Positions 46,055-58,010 of a DNA stretch of 64,000 bases are shown piece after piece (positions within the stretch are counted from its first letter, which is position 1; each line of letters opens with the position of its first letter). This DNA is from Octopus bimaculoides (Eukaryota). Location of the stretch: NCBI RefSeq assembly GCF_001194135.2, contig NC_068981.1, forward strand, positions 105,192,651 to 105,256,650. The letters are read 5' to 3'. A program made the position numbers and the translations under genes. Under the pieces are notes generated by a model, which was not told where the DNA came from, searched no databases, and saw only the letters and a program-made list of their open reading frames with translations.

Positions 46055-46445
46055 TTCTTTTACTTGTTTCAGTCATTTGACTGCGGCCATGCTGGAGCAC
46101 CGCCTTTAGTCGATCAAATCACCCCCAGGACTTATTCTTTGTAAGCCTAGTACTTACTCTATCGACCTCTATTGCCGAACCTCTAAGTTATGGGGGACGT
46201 AAACACACCAACATCGGTTGTCAAGCGATGGTGAGAGGACAAACACAGACACACAAGCATATATACACACATACACACACATATTTATATACATCGGGCT
46301 TCTTTCAGTTTCCGTCTACCAAATCCACTCACAAGACTTTGGTCGACCCGAAGCTATAGTAGAAGACACTTGCCCAAGGTGCTACGCAGTGGAACTGAAC
46401 CCGGAACCATGTGGTTCGTAAGCACGCTGCTTACCACACAGCCAT
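46055..46445 (-). mobile_element. SINE family A
   Basis: Full family-A architecture. Confidence 0.88.
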
Positions 46446-46574
46446 ATAATATATGGTTGGTATGTATAACTAGTAAATGGAAAAGCATGCGTGGTAAGAA
46501 GAGTTAATGTCGGCCGGTACGTATGTACACAATCCCATAGTAGTATATGGAGAGAGATGTGATAATGTTCCAGA

Positions 46575-46710
46575 GAATTATGGCAGCATTCACCAACTTA
46601 AACAAGGTAACCGTCCAGAAAAGTTGCAAGAGATTCCGATGTTGTCTGGAGGCCGTGGTTGTAGCCAATGGCGAATTTATTGAATAAATTTACTCTTTAG
46701 TATTTCAAGA
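46575..46710 (+). mobile_element. maT-like transposase 3' fragment
   Basis: Homologous to 19055-19170 (GCATTCACCAACTTAAACAA...TTTATTGAATAAATTTACTCTTTA). Confidence 0.75.
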
Positions 46711-46712
46711 TA

Positions 46713-48320
46713 CAGCGATATCTCGTAGTACGAGTTTCATTCGTTCCATGACCGAGCTCGTCTTACGATTTACTCGTTTTACAAATCAATTTTCCCCATT
46801 GAAATTAACTAAAATATAATTAATCAAGGCCCGAAATTTGAGGGGAGGGGGCTAGTTGATTAGATCGACCTCAGTCCGCAAACTGGTACTTTATTTATCG
46901 ACCCCGAAAGGATGAAAGGCAAAGTCGACCTCAGCGGAATTTAAACTCAGAGCGTAAAGATAGACGATATACCGCAAAGCATTTCGCCCAGCTCGCCGCC
47001 TTGTAAACTGGTTTTATTAACTGAATTAGCTTAAAGATGGGATGATTTGTGCGCGAGGAAGACAATGAAGGGGGAGGATTATTGTTTGGAAAGAGATTCT
47101 CCTGCCATTAAGACTTCAGGAAAGACAATTTCTGGTGTTTTCTCTCTCACTTCGCTTAATTTAGGCTTTTTGGACACACTTTCTTCACTTTTTACACCTG
47201 CATGTCATTTCATTAGAAACCTATCAAGAGAAGTCTGCTTTTTCCTACCTTTCAAAATGCTACGAAAATGCGCTAGAATAGAATCATTAAATAAAGCAGC
47301 TGCACGACCTATAGTTACTTTATCAGGATGATTCTTTTCTAAAATTCAGAAACATAATGCCACTTTGCCAACATTGCCTTTATGTCACTCGTAGAGATAG
47401 CATTCTCTGCTACACTGTCCTCCTCCGGGGAACCAGTCTCTTCCACCGCATCCAAACATTGCCTCTCCTGAAGCTGCAGGAGTTCGTCTGACGTCAGCTC
47501 CTCTGAGTGTTACTCGACGAGATCGTTAATGTCCCCATTATCAACCTCGATGCCCAGGGACTTGCCTCGACTACAGGTTTCTGAAACTCAAACCCCTCGA
47601 AGTCGCTTTCGGATACGCAGTCAGGCCACAGTTTCTTCCATGCAGAATTCAGCGTTCTCATCATTACACCCTACCAGGCCATATCGATGATTTTCATGCA
47701 GTTTACAATGTTGTAGTGCTCCTTCTAAAACTCACGAAGGGTTAGATTTGTATTTTCGGTGACTTCAAAGCACCGACGAAATAGGTGTTCGGTGTACAAT
47801 TTCTTAAAATTAGAAACCACCAGTTGGCCCATGGGCTGCACGATAGGGGTAGTGTTGCATGAAAGGTACAGAACTTTTATAAATTTAAATTCGTCCAAGA
47901 TATCATCTTAAGGTTAGGAAGGTGAACAGGAGCATTGTCAGGGATGAGGAGGGACTTGAGAGGAAGACTGTTCTCCAGAAGGTACTTTTTCTCTGCTGGT
48001 CCGAAGACAAGGTTGACCCACTCGGTGAAGAATTGCCTGGTGACCCAGGCTTTAATGTTTGCCCTCCACATGACCTTCAGCTTTTCCTTCAGGATTTTAT
48101 GCGACTTGAACGCTCGTAGGATTTCAGAATGGTAGATGAGTAGCGGTTTGATCTTAAAGTCTCCACTCGCATTGGCATAAAGGGCGAGAGTTAGCCTATC
48201 TTTCATAGGCATGTGGTCTGGCATTTTCTTCACCTCTGCAGTTATGTAGGTTCTTCTGGACATTTTTTTTTTCAAAAAATGCCAGTTTCATCACAGTTGA
48301 ATACCTGTTGTGCGATGTAC
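46713..48320 (-). mobile_element. pogo/Tigger transposon, degenerate (DDE region plus one terminus), interrupted by a SINE
   Basis: QVFNCDETG, KDRLTLALYANASGDFKIKPLLIYHSE, WRANIKAWVTRQFF, LLIPDNAPVH and TPIVQPMGQLV motifs; Tigger-like terminus TA|CAGCGATATCTCGTAGTACGAG at 46711. Confidence 0.88.
46828..47003 (-). mobile_element. SINE family B
   Basis: ATCGACCCCGAAAGGATGAAAGGCAAAGTCGACC...GCTCGCCGCCTT. Confidence 0.85.
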
Positions 48321-48483
48321 TCCGCGGAGGGTCTATTGCAATACACCCAACATTTTGTGGCAGCGTGTGCATGCGTGCATGGGTCGTCTAAGAGACCATA
48401 AATCAGGGAAAAGATGCACTCATATATCTGTCAGTAGAGTGGGTATACTATCCGAAATGTGTAGTATTAAATTTCCATCACGT

Positions 48484-48572
48484 CTGATCTTACCAATCGG
48501 TTTCACATAAATTATACAATGGAGTGTTAGGTAACAATCCCATTATATAACTTTACGCTCATCAGAGTTAGC
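48484..48572 (-). ncRNA. Type-I hammerhead ribozyme motif (long stem II), copy B
   Basis: CT-CTGATGA-GCGTAAAG-TTATA-TAATGGG...TGTT(ACCT)AACA...TCCATTG-TATAA-TTTATGT-GAAA-CC(GATT)GGT-A-AG; predicted cleavage between 48491 and 48490. Confidence 0.75.
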
Positions 48573-48939
48573 TGATAAATAGAGTGAGAGATGTGGTATC
48601 ATTCGTTTGTTTTGACGAATAGAATTCAATTGTTCGACCACCTGAAGGTACTACTCGTTCAATTAACGTTTAAGTGGTTGTGTATTCCACAGACATGTGC
48701 AGTGTCAATGTAATTCTGAGCACAATTTAATCCGACAAAATAGATGACAAGGCTGGATCTTTAAATCACCGGCTCAATACATTCGACAGAATTCCAAGTG
48801 TTCCGTCAACCGAATTTCATTCGCAGAGTTTAGGTCAATCAACCTTGGCTTATATCACGAGACACTTGCTCAAGATGCTACATAGTAGAACTAAACCAAG
48901 GATTTCATGATAGCGAAGCAAATTTTGTAACTTCGCGAT

Positions 48940-49230
48940 GTCTGTGTCTTCACACGTACACAAACACACACACGAATGCACACACATTCATACTCAAGTG
49001 TACACAAACATACATGTAAATACGTACATAAATGTATACATAATATACATACGTAATTAGGCCCGCGCGCACTCACACATGTATACATAAATACACATAC
49101 ATACATACGTATGTACGTATGGACACATACATGCATACATATGTACATACATACATACATGAATACATATGTACGTACAGGCATACATACATGCATGTGT
49201 AATTGTATACGTATGTATGTACGTACGTCC
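48940..49230. repeat. Degenerate (CA)n/(TACA)n microsatellite tract
   Basis: Directly visible. Confidence 0.85.
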
Positions 49231-49369
49231 ATAATCCTGTTTCTCTCATTTCAAAAGTTAAAGAAAAAAACACGCTCAATTAAGAGACCAATATGGTGGA
49301 AATAGACCGGATAATTAAACATTCAGATAATGATAATAATTTTTCCTATTATGAGTTAAATGCGTGAAG

Positions 49370-50300
49370 TGTTGGGGAAGATCAGATATATTTACCAGAA
49401 AATTTGGTTGGTACTTTTATTTTATCGACCTTAGAAGGATGAAAAGCAAAGCCGACCTCGGTCAGATTTGGACTCTGAATGTAAAGATCCGGAAGAAATA
49501 CCGCAAGTTATTGTGTATAATGCTTGAATAATTCTATCTATTCAATACCCTTAAAAATAACTATAAACGTTTATATTATAAGCACAAGACTTGGAATTTA
49601 TGGGGAGGCTGCTTGTCGATTACCGGAAGAATTTGAACTCAAAGTGTAAAGTCTGATGAAATATTGCTATAGGAAAGTGGGTTATACATCATTAGATGTA
49701 CACCTGACTTTCCTATATAATATTATGAATATAACGGAACGCTGAACTCCAGACTATCAACTTAAACAACATTTATTCAGGTGGTAAATATATACATCTT
49801 TAGCTCTTGTCCGTTGTTACAGCTTCTGTGTGTGTGAGCATAGTTGTTGGGACGTTGGTATGTAGATGTAAGCAAGCTGTCGAGCGTAAGTTCGAAAGAT
49901 GGAGGGAGACAGCTAAACACGTCCATGCTCAATCGCTGGCCAGCAAGAAAGAGACTGTCTCCAGAGTTGGAATGTTGGAGACACTGCTTGACACGTCCAT
50001 GCTCATGGCCGGCCGACCGAGAAAGAGACAGAATGAAGCGGGAAAGCTTGCTTGGTGAATTCCACGCATGCGTGAGACTACGCATGCGCACGGCGTTACT
50101 ACACTGCTATGCATTTTGTCCGGCGTGCTAACGGTTCTGCCAGATTGTTGCTTTTCCACCACCCTTAATAATAACCATAATAATAATTGTTTCTACTTTA
50201 AACACAAAGCCTGTAATTTTGAGAGGAGGGAGTCAGTAGAAACCATTGTCCTCAGTACTTATTCTATCGATGCTAAAATGATGAAAGGTAAAGTTGAGCT
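49370..50300 (-). mobile_element. Cluster of diverged SINE family B pieces, one split by a solo LTR
   Basis: GAATTTGAACTC...GAAATA.TGC | TATGCATTTTGTCCGGCGTGCTAACGGTTCTGCCAG is continuous across the LTR. Confidence 0.7.
49668..50103 (-). mobile_element. Solo LTR (same family as 33597-33956), 436 bp with an internal duplication
   Basis: TGTAGTAAC start, AATAAA, 4-bp TSD ttgc/ctgc; duplicated CACGTCCATGCTCA...GAAAGAGAC block. Confidence 0.8.
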
Positions 50301-50359
50301 TGGCAGGATTTGTACTAGGAGCATTAAGAGAGATGTTATCCTGAGATCTAGCGACACTA

Positions 50360-50890
50360 TGTCTCTTCAAATCTTTCTTAGTTCTCTTGTGGAGTACACA
50401 ATGACATTTTTCTGCACGTCGACTATACGTGCTTAAATTTCATGATACTTCGGCCTCTTAGGTAGCGGTTTGAGCGTTGTTGAAAGTGCACATATTACCA
50501 GAGGAACAATTTTCACGCTTGTGTTCCACAATCTCTTCATCACTATATATGGCTATGTCTTAATATTTCACAATTTTCTCGGTTTGTGTTATACATTCTG
50601 CTATCATATGAGTTTGTTATTTCTGTCCTCCAAGACATTTGATTTCCTTGCTTCAATAATATGATCAGTTTCTTAGGAGAAATGCCAAAAAATCTTGTAA
50701 TTATCATTCACCATTGCAGCTTCTGGCTTTTGAGTATATCACTTTTCTGTCATTTAACATCCACAAACTTAACTAACGTCGCAATGCACAGTTTAACCAG
50801 CAGACATGCTTGCGTTTATACTTTTTTCTTTAGTTAGCGTACTGCACTCGCTCAGATGGCCAATACTTTCGCCACCTTCTTACCTTTTTC
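50360..50890 (-). mobile_element. R4/Dong-type non-LTR element C-terminus (CCHC plus restriction-like endonuclease) remnant
   Basis: KPEAAMVNDNYKIFWHF.ETDHIIEARKSN...EKIVKY*DIA..RLWNTSVKIVPLVICALST...VQKNVIVYSTRELRKI*. Confidence 0.72.
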
Positions 50891-51100
50891 CACCTACTCT
50901 GGAGTCTTGAATAATCTTCCCCTCCCCACCCGCTTATTAATTTTTCNNNNNNNNNNNNNNNNNNNNNNNNNNNNNNNNNNNNNNNNCTGATTTTTAAGAT
51001 TCTGCCCCTGCTTTTATTCCAACTGTCCCCCCCCCCTCATTAAATTTTGCTAATCTATCTCCCGCGAAATCTTATTGTAAGCTACTCATATTGATACAAC

Positions 51101-51236
51101 CACTAGCGTAGTTAGGGGTGGGAAGTAGGGGCGGCACTTTGGGATCTGCTATAGGCAATACATGTTTTTTGTGGGGTCCAGGAGCCGGCAAACAGAAGGG
51201 CCGCCCCGGGTAGCACACACTCTAGCTACGCTAGTG
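51101..51236. mobile_element. 136-bp MITE, probably hAT
   Basis: TIR CACTAGCGTAG(T/C)TAG(G/A)G; degenerate 8-bp flanks gatacaac/gctgcaat (5/8). Confidence 0.65.
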
Positions 51237-51409
51237 GCTGCAATAGCTGGAGAATCTAATAATTATTTTATTTTACGTTAAAAACATTCTATATATATAA
51301 CAAAAAAAAGAACATTACAAGTAATGCCAAATATTACAAAATAAATAATTAATTCTGGTTTTAGAAAAAAATCAAGGCTGACATCCCAAAAAATTTTAAT
51401 TATGTTTTC

Positions 51410-51640
51410 TCATTTAGGCACAAGACCAACAATCTGTGGGGAGGGACAAGTGGATTAAAGCGGCCGAAGTACATTCTGGTACTTTATTTTATCGACCCTG
51501 TAGGGATGAAAGGTAAAGCTAACCTCAGCGGGATTGAACTCCGAGCGTAATGGGCCATAACTCTACGCTGCAAGGCACGTTGCCCGATGCTTAGGCACAA
51601 GGCCAGCAATTTTAAGGGAGGAAGTCGATTAAACTGACTC
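51410..51640 (-). mobile_element. SINE family B pieces
   Basis: GGCACAAG...TTTTATCGACCC...GATGAAAGG family-B sequence. Confidence 0.65.
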
Positions 51641-52289
51641 CCGTTACTAGTACAAAACAACAAACTCTGGGGAATTCATTATTATTTTGATTGACACAAA
51701 TTGTGAATCAGCATGGAAAAAAAAGCAGAAGACAGGAATGGGAAGAAAACTTGAAGTGTTCTATTTGTTTTCATAACGCATGGAAGAAAAATATATATCC
51801 ACAGTATATGTAGCCAACGTTCATGTGGTTGAGACTTCAACATTTTAGGGCATTGATAACCTTCAACCTTAAGAAGATCAATCGTTTCGAGACACAGCAC
51901 ACCTGCTTCATGACACATAGAAAACAAGGGAATTGTTGTCAGAAAATATGCTTTACAACCAGCCAGAGTTTATAAAATCTTGAGGCTGGACAACTGCTCC
52001 AGTCTGTAATATACGCGTGAGTTTACTCTTACTCCACACTGTAGTCAACATATCTTCATTTTCAATTTCTCTACGATTTCGCTAACAATCACCAACATAA
52101 ATCTCACACAAAGTAAGAACTTCAATGGCGAACTGTTTATCCTTACAGGACAGAATAAGGATTTAACATCAACACGACTCTAGTAATTTCGCTTTGAACT
52201 TTTTTTCATAACATCATGTGCGGGGCGTCGAAATTATTCTATAGAAGAAAAGCAAGTACTTGCTATCGTGGTGAACAAATGCAAAGAGG

Positions 52290-53226
52290 AATACGATTCT
52301 GAATTAGAGTGAATGAAAGGGAAAACTCATTGGGATGCTAAAAGGAAACGCCATGTCCCAGACACCCCAAAACAGAGATATCTCGCCAAAGCAGTTCGTT
52401 TGTTTAACTCGAATTTGGCCGATGTCAAAACCTCTGACCGATTCTTTGATTTTGCTGTTAAAGTAACCAAACGCTGCTATGAAAAATGTCTGAAAGGTGA
52501 ACTTGACAGCGCTGAAAAAAATCCAAAGAGACGAGTCGCTGGAGGAGGTCGTAAAACAAAAGCAGCAGGCGTGAGAGACGTCTTCTTTGAATGGTTTGTG
52601 AATGTTAGAACATCGCTGCATGTGAGATTACCACAAGCTCTTTTCCTATTGAATGCTGAGAAATTTTATGAGGAGTGGATTTGCGAACACCCAGATTACC
52701 CAACTAAGGAAAAGCTTTGTTTTTCAAAAAGCTGAATGAAAGGTTGGCAAAGAGTATGGGGTATCACTGAAATTTCCATACAAACAAATTTCAATCTCCA
52801 AAGAGCATTTTAAAAAATCCCATAATTAGCAAATGTCTTATTTTTATTATCCAAATTTGAACGTTTGAAATACACGTATGTGCTAATTTCACTTAACTCT
52901 TGTTAAATTTATTTTGCCTCGTTATGTCGTTATATGTGTTTTAAGATGCTTTTTACCTAATTTTCGTACATACACTATACAATTTCTGATTCCCACCCAC
53001 CTCCGTTTATTCCAACACCCCTCCCCTATTATTTGGGATCCGAGAATAAATAACTGGGTGTTAAAAAAAAATCAAGGAAGACAACCTAGAAGATTTTAAA
53101 ATTTTATACAATTACCGACCTCCCCTCCCTCCATTTATTCCAACCCACCTGCTTATATGAATTTAAGTAAATGTCCGACCTACTTGCTTATTCCAACCCC
53201 CACTATTATTTATGACCCAAGAGTAT
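52290..53226 (+). mobile_element. pogo-like element: CENP-B-type HTH remnant plus repeated 3' terminal motifs
   Basis: GGGRKTKAAGVRDVFFEWFVNVRTSLHVRLPQALFLLNAEKFYEEW...LCFSKS*MKGW; repeated TTATTCCAACCC...CTATTATTT.GGA.CC.AGAGTA ends at ~53046 and ~53226. Confidence 0.7.
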
Positions 53227-53714
53227 TCATAATTGCTATCTGACTAGTTTTATCAATCTTTATCTTCATCAGATTCATTCTAATGTCTTGTTCCAGAGCA
53301 GATGTAATCAGTAATTCAGTTTTTTATTTCAGGTTTCCATCTCTAAGCCACAACCATCGTTTTTTCATTTCTATCATCCTTAATTTGTTGTATATAAACT
53401 GGCCATGCTATTCTTTTTTCTTTCTATTTGTTCTGTTCTTTATATTCTTGAAATCTTTCACTGTCCCAATGACTTTGATATTTCTAGCCACAGATAATAG
53501 TCTTTCCTCTCTATGAACAACATAGTTTTTCAGACAGAGACGAGTTGTTCCTTAATTTTGTTTTATTTGACTATTTTGCGATGATTTATATTCAAAATAT
53601 TTGCCCTGTGTCACATAAAGTCACACATTTAACCAGATAGATGGAATATGTTTCATTCACAGACGTATAATAAGTAAACTTTCTCACTTTCCTCTTTCTG
53701 TCGAACACGGCCTT

Positions 53715-55900
53715 ACTCAGAATAGGGCAGTGTAAATGCATGTGGTCTGAGTTCGTCTTGGAAGCAGGGCCACTTACATTACAAGATATAAATGTAGTGG
53801 CTATAAGCAAGACCAGAATCCCTGATCTACAAGCCTTTGTGCCCATTTTCACTAGATACGAGATCCACTTATCTGCAAGTCTACTGAAATTGGAAAGGTG
53901 AGTTGCTATGTTGATTTAGAAATGTTTGGATCTTGTGATTCAAACTATCTTCTTGGATCCAGAAGGTAAGTTGATGTAACCAGCAGCAAAGGCCATATCT
54001 TCAGACTAGTAAATTGCTTACGACCCATCAGGGGTCAGACAGAGTATTTCCTGAGAACTTTCCATGCCTTAATGCTACTGAAAGACTGGAATGGTATCTT
54101 TCTGAATGAGGTTAGCTCATAGAAGAGGAACGTGCAATGCTTCACAAACCTGCTCAGACGTTTCCAACTGACTGACAGGTACCACTAAATTTCCAGAATG
54201 TGCCAATGTGGACATGGACAAACCACATTAATGATGAGGAAAACTATCAACAACAAATGGTGGTTTAGCCCTGGAAATAGCAATTAAAGTAGAATCAATA
54301 AGGTTCAATAAGAAAATTGCAATACTGAAAACTATATTAGAGACAGACCTAGTTAGAAACCCAGAAGAGACACTTCAGAAAGGCATTGCAACCAATGTAC
54401 TTGCAACGAGATTGGCCCTTGGGCAATTCTTCAACATGAAGAACAAAGAATATGTTATCAGAGTTAAGGCGCACACAAGGGTAGTGGGATGAAGGCCACC
54501 CAATAGGCCTTGATTGAAGCAGATGAAACATGGCAATAAAGTCACAGTTCGATCTTTGATGGATCATGATGGTTGCATGTTACTTGAGCCGAAGCAGATG
54601 TATGTGGCTTTCCAGTGTTTGGGATGAGTGGCAGGTCAGCTCGCAGAATAGACTTCAGCGCCTACCTCGATAGCCTGCTGTGACTCTCAACGAGAGAGGT
54701 GAAGTGTTGCAAAAAGTCCATAACAAACAGGAAAATACGTGAAGCGATGGGTGGTTGCACCTGGAACAAATCACCTGGTTTGGATGGTCTGCCCAACAAG
54801 TTTTACTTTTACATACCAAACTTGTTTGGGGACCTCTTAGCAGATATCTACCACAACAATGACATAAAGGTAAGTATGGTTTTCCTAGACCCAGTTAGTT
54901 GTTCTTCATCATGAGCAGTAATGAGGGTGACTGCTAACTTTGGACTAATGGCTGTCAACGCTCTGACAGATACCTGATGACCGAATTTCTTAAATGCCTA
55001 AATACCTTCAGAGGAGCATCTTGCTCATTAGTAATAGTTGGTATTTAGAATGAGATCTTGGATGCACACAAGTTATGTGAAAGTAGCTGACAGGAGAGTG
55101 AGAAGCAAAAATATCACATAACTTCTCAGACAATTACAACTGTCTGACAGGTTTCACCATGATTTCCTTAATGCCGCGATGTGGACTTGAGCAAATTGCA
55201 GTGAGTCATACAGGTCATATTTAGAGAAGGCTTTCAACATGTTAGCTGATGGACTTAGTATAAGTTGTCCCACAGTTTCAGGTACTTAGCTACTCAGACC
55301 TCAAACTTATGACCTTTACAGTCAATTTAGAAAAGACAAATAGATAAGAACCCTGTTACTAGAAAATTAACGCGTTCTTCTTGGCACAGAATGATTTCAG
55401 AGATTGGTTTAGAGTAATGAAGTGAGAGTTGATGGCAACCATCATCAACAGTTGATTGGTTTCACTAAAAGAAAAATCAGTGAAACACTTGTTAGTTTTA
55501 GCAAAAATATACATATAGAGAACAATAGAGTAGAAGAGAATCTAATTAGTCACTTAGAAGAGGTTGAATCTATAGTGAAGATCAACGTGCTACCTTTCAG
55601 CAGGGAGTTGGTTGGGAGATGTGTCAAATATTTCTCTGCTTGATGTCTGTGGCTGAAGCAGTTGTATGGTGAACTTATTTGAAGTCCGGCATCTCTCTAG
55701 CCAAGCTCTCATCAACTTCTTCAAGAACCATTTGAAGAGGAAGGTGAGGATAAAGAAAGGGGTGCTGCCTTCTAATGTATTTATCAAAAGGTGAATGAGA
55801 ATGGCAAGACTGGTGAGTCTGACTGCAACTATCCCGAGTATGCTTTTTTAAGTAGGACTGAAAAACCTGAGAGAGGACACTTTCGTTGCCTCATGGATGG
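53715..55900 (+). mobile_element. Tx1/L1-clade LINE ORF2, degenerate and internally rearranged
   Basis: GSVNACGL...AISKTR, DPEGKL, FRLVNC, KDWN and PMWTWTN (APE); NKSPGLDGLPNKFY (RT); LINFFKNHLKRKVRI...F.KR* (C-terminus); unrelated sequence at ~54900-55570. Confidence 0.78.
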
Positions 55901-56134
55901 CAGAATAATCTGAACCTTTTGTGAGAAGTTTCCTCCGAATTATCCGAAGTGGATTGCCTCACTATTGGTAAAGCTCTTTCTTGTTGATTTTTCAATATTT
56001 TGTTATAACTTAGTCATATCCTTATTGTTGTTGGATTCCTTTTGATCAATGTAAACTCCATCTATTGAGTGTTGTATTTCATCCTTTCATATAGTCCTCA
56101 ATGTTTTGACTCCTATGTTGTTATTTGACAGAAT

Positions 56135-56310
56135 CAGTAGAGCATTGGGAAAAAAATGCTTTACTATATTTATTCTGCTTCTTTACGTTCTGAGTTCAAA
56201 TCTCGTCAAAATCTATTTTGCATTCCTTTTTTCCAGAGCCAATAAAATAAAGTACTGGAGTGAATGGTATTGACTAACACTCACCCCTCAAAAATTATTA
56301 ATTTTTAGCC
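56135..56310 (+). mobile_element. SINE family B (diverged)
   Basis: GACAGAATCAGTAGAGC...TTCTGAGTTCAAATCTC...AATAAAATAAAGTAC. Confidence 0.6.
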
Positions 56311-56754
56311 TAAATATATATATGATGTTACATCCTATATTATTCCGAGTCTCTGAGTCTGCCATCAACTATTACTGCCTTCCATATAAAACATTTTGCA
56401 AGTTGTAAATAAACTTTGAAAAACAAAGCAACACACTTTGTCTCCAAGTGCATTGAGTACACTTTTTTAATGCAGACACCTAAACCATTGAACTAAGAAT
56501 ATTTATACTACTGTATGCTTTTAACTGTTGAGATTGTGCAACTTCAGAATCACAATGAATAATTAATTACCTTGATCTTAACAGCCAAATAATAACAGTA
56601 TAATTTAGACACAAACTATAAAAACTTAACCCACCCATCCGTTGATGCTTGCCTTATATTCACCACCATATTGATTCTGTATTAGGTATTATTCCCTTTG
56701 CACCCATTCACTTCCTGACTTCCTTTTTACATCATTATTTTAGTATTCATTTCC

Positions 56755-56950
56755 ATTGAAGGTAGCAAGTTGACAGGATCATGCTTCACAGCACTTCTTT
56801 CAGCTCCCCATGTTCAAAAACCAAACACCACTGCTGTCAACTTTACCTTTTGTCCTTTCAACGTCGATAAAATAAGTACTAGTTAAGCACTGATGTCAAT
56901 GTATCCTCCCGTAAAATTTCTAGTCTTGTGCCAAAATCTGAAACCGTTGT
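56755..56950 (+). mobile_element. SINE family B (diverged)
   Basis: AAGGTAGCAAGTTGACAGGATC...CCTTTCAACGTCGATAAAATAAGTAC. Confidence 0.6.
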
Positions 56951-57039
56951 TAATTTCCACCATTTACTCCTATTCTTTTACACAGAATAGAAAAAAAAAA
57001 CATAGTCATAACCATGAGAAAGGCCCAACAGAAATATCT

Positions 57040-57400
57040 ATACTAAAAGATCAAGCATTTCATTAAAAGAATCAAATGGTGAGCATGACAAAGATGACAT
57101 CACTCGGCAATCGGTGACTTCAACACTTTGTGGACAACATATTTGAATGAAACAAAAATATTTAATTAGAAACTATAGAAACTACTTCCAGTCTAACTAT
57201 AAAAGAGTCAAAGAACTAAATGACTTTCAGAGGATATATGTCCACCCTGATACAGCTTAGAGCCTTTATGATATAGACAACTCTACAGTCTTCTGTAATG
57301 TCATCATAAGTGTTTGTCACAAGATAAACACAAGTGCCCTTAACTATATCTGAATGGAACGGAAGTTCTGCTGCCCCAAGAAGCTTATTTCACATTCAAG
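57040..57400 (+). mobile_element. Possible LINE APE-endonuclease remnant
   Basis: AIGDFNTLW motif only; the rest is heavily decayed. Confidence 0.35.
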
Positions 57401-57971
57401 TTCCATAATATCAATTTACGTATTACCCCCAGTATCAAACTAACTGAGGTGGCCATATTAACAAATACTTACAAGACAGTATTATTTCACAAGTCAAGGA
57501 TGCGTGTCACATGATATTATCTACTGGTTTCATGACCTCTGGTACAAACAAGCTTCTGGAGTTTGACAATTCATCATCCAAGTCTACTCTGCTGTAGCCC
57601 AACTTTTGCTGGAAATAGTTCACTTGTATATAACATTTTAAATACATAGTATTTGGTGTTGCTCTGTTGCTAATTAGTATGTTATTATGCTTGACATTAT
57701 ATATATATACTTAATGTCTAGTACTACTATGTAGATAATTAGTACACCATTTTCGTTTTTTATCATGAAGAATGATGTCCTATATATGGTGCACAGTCCA
57801 TTTTCAAAGATGGTTGGAGGTTCATAGAGCTTTATATATTTAGTTAGTTGAAATTTGGTAACCAGGTATAAGTAGTGTTGGAAATATAGAAGTTAACATT
57901 AACCACTGATTACTCATTACTCCCTGACATTCAGAAGTTATCCCCCACCTCTCTCTCTTTGTGTGTGTGTG

Positions 57972-58010
<39 letters not shown>

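Noticed and set aside
33597-50103. A single 16-kb LTR retrotransposon bounded by the two LTRs
   Set aside because: Each LTR has its own 4-bp TSD and its own host element, and no gag-pol lies between them.
51682-51927. Hydrophobic 81-aa minus ORF as a membrane-protein exon
   Set aside because: No convincing splice sites; the hydrophobicity follows from the A-rich plus strand, which may be a decayed hAT N-terminus.
53592-53852. 86-aa minus ORF with a signal-peptide-like start
   Set aside because: Largely the antisense of the Tx1 endonuclease N-terminus.
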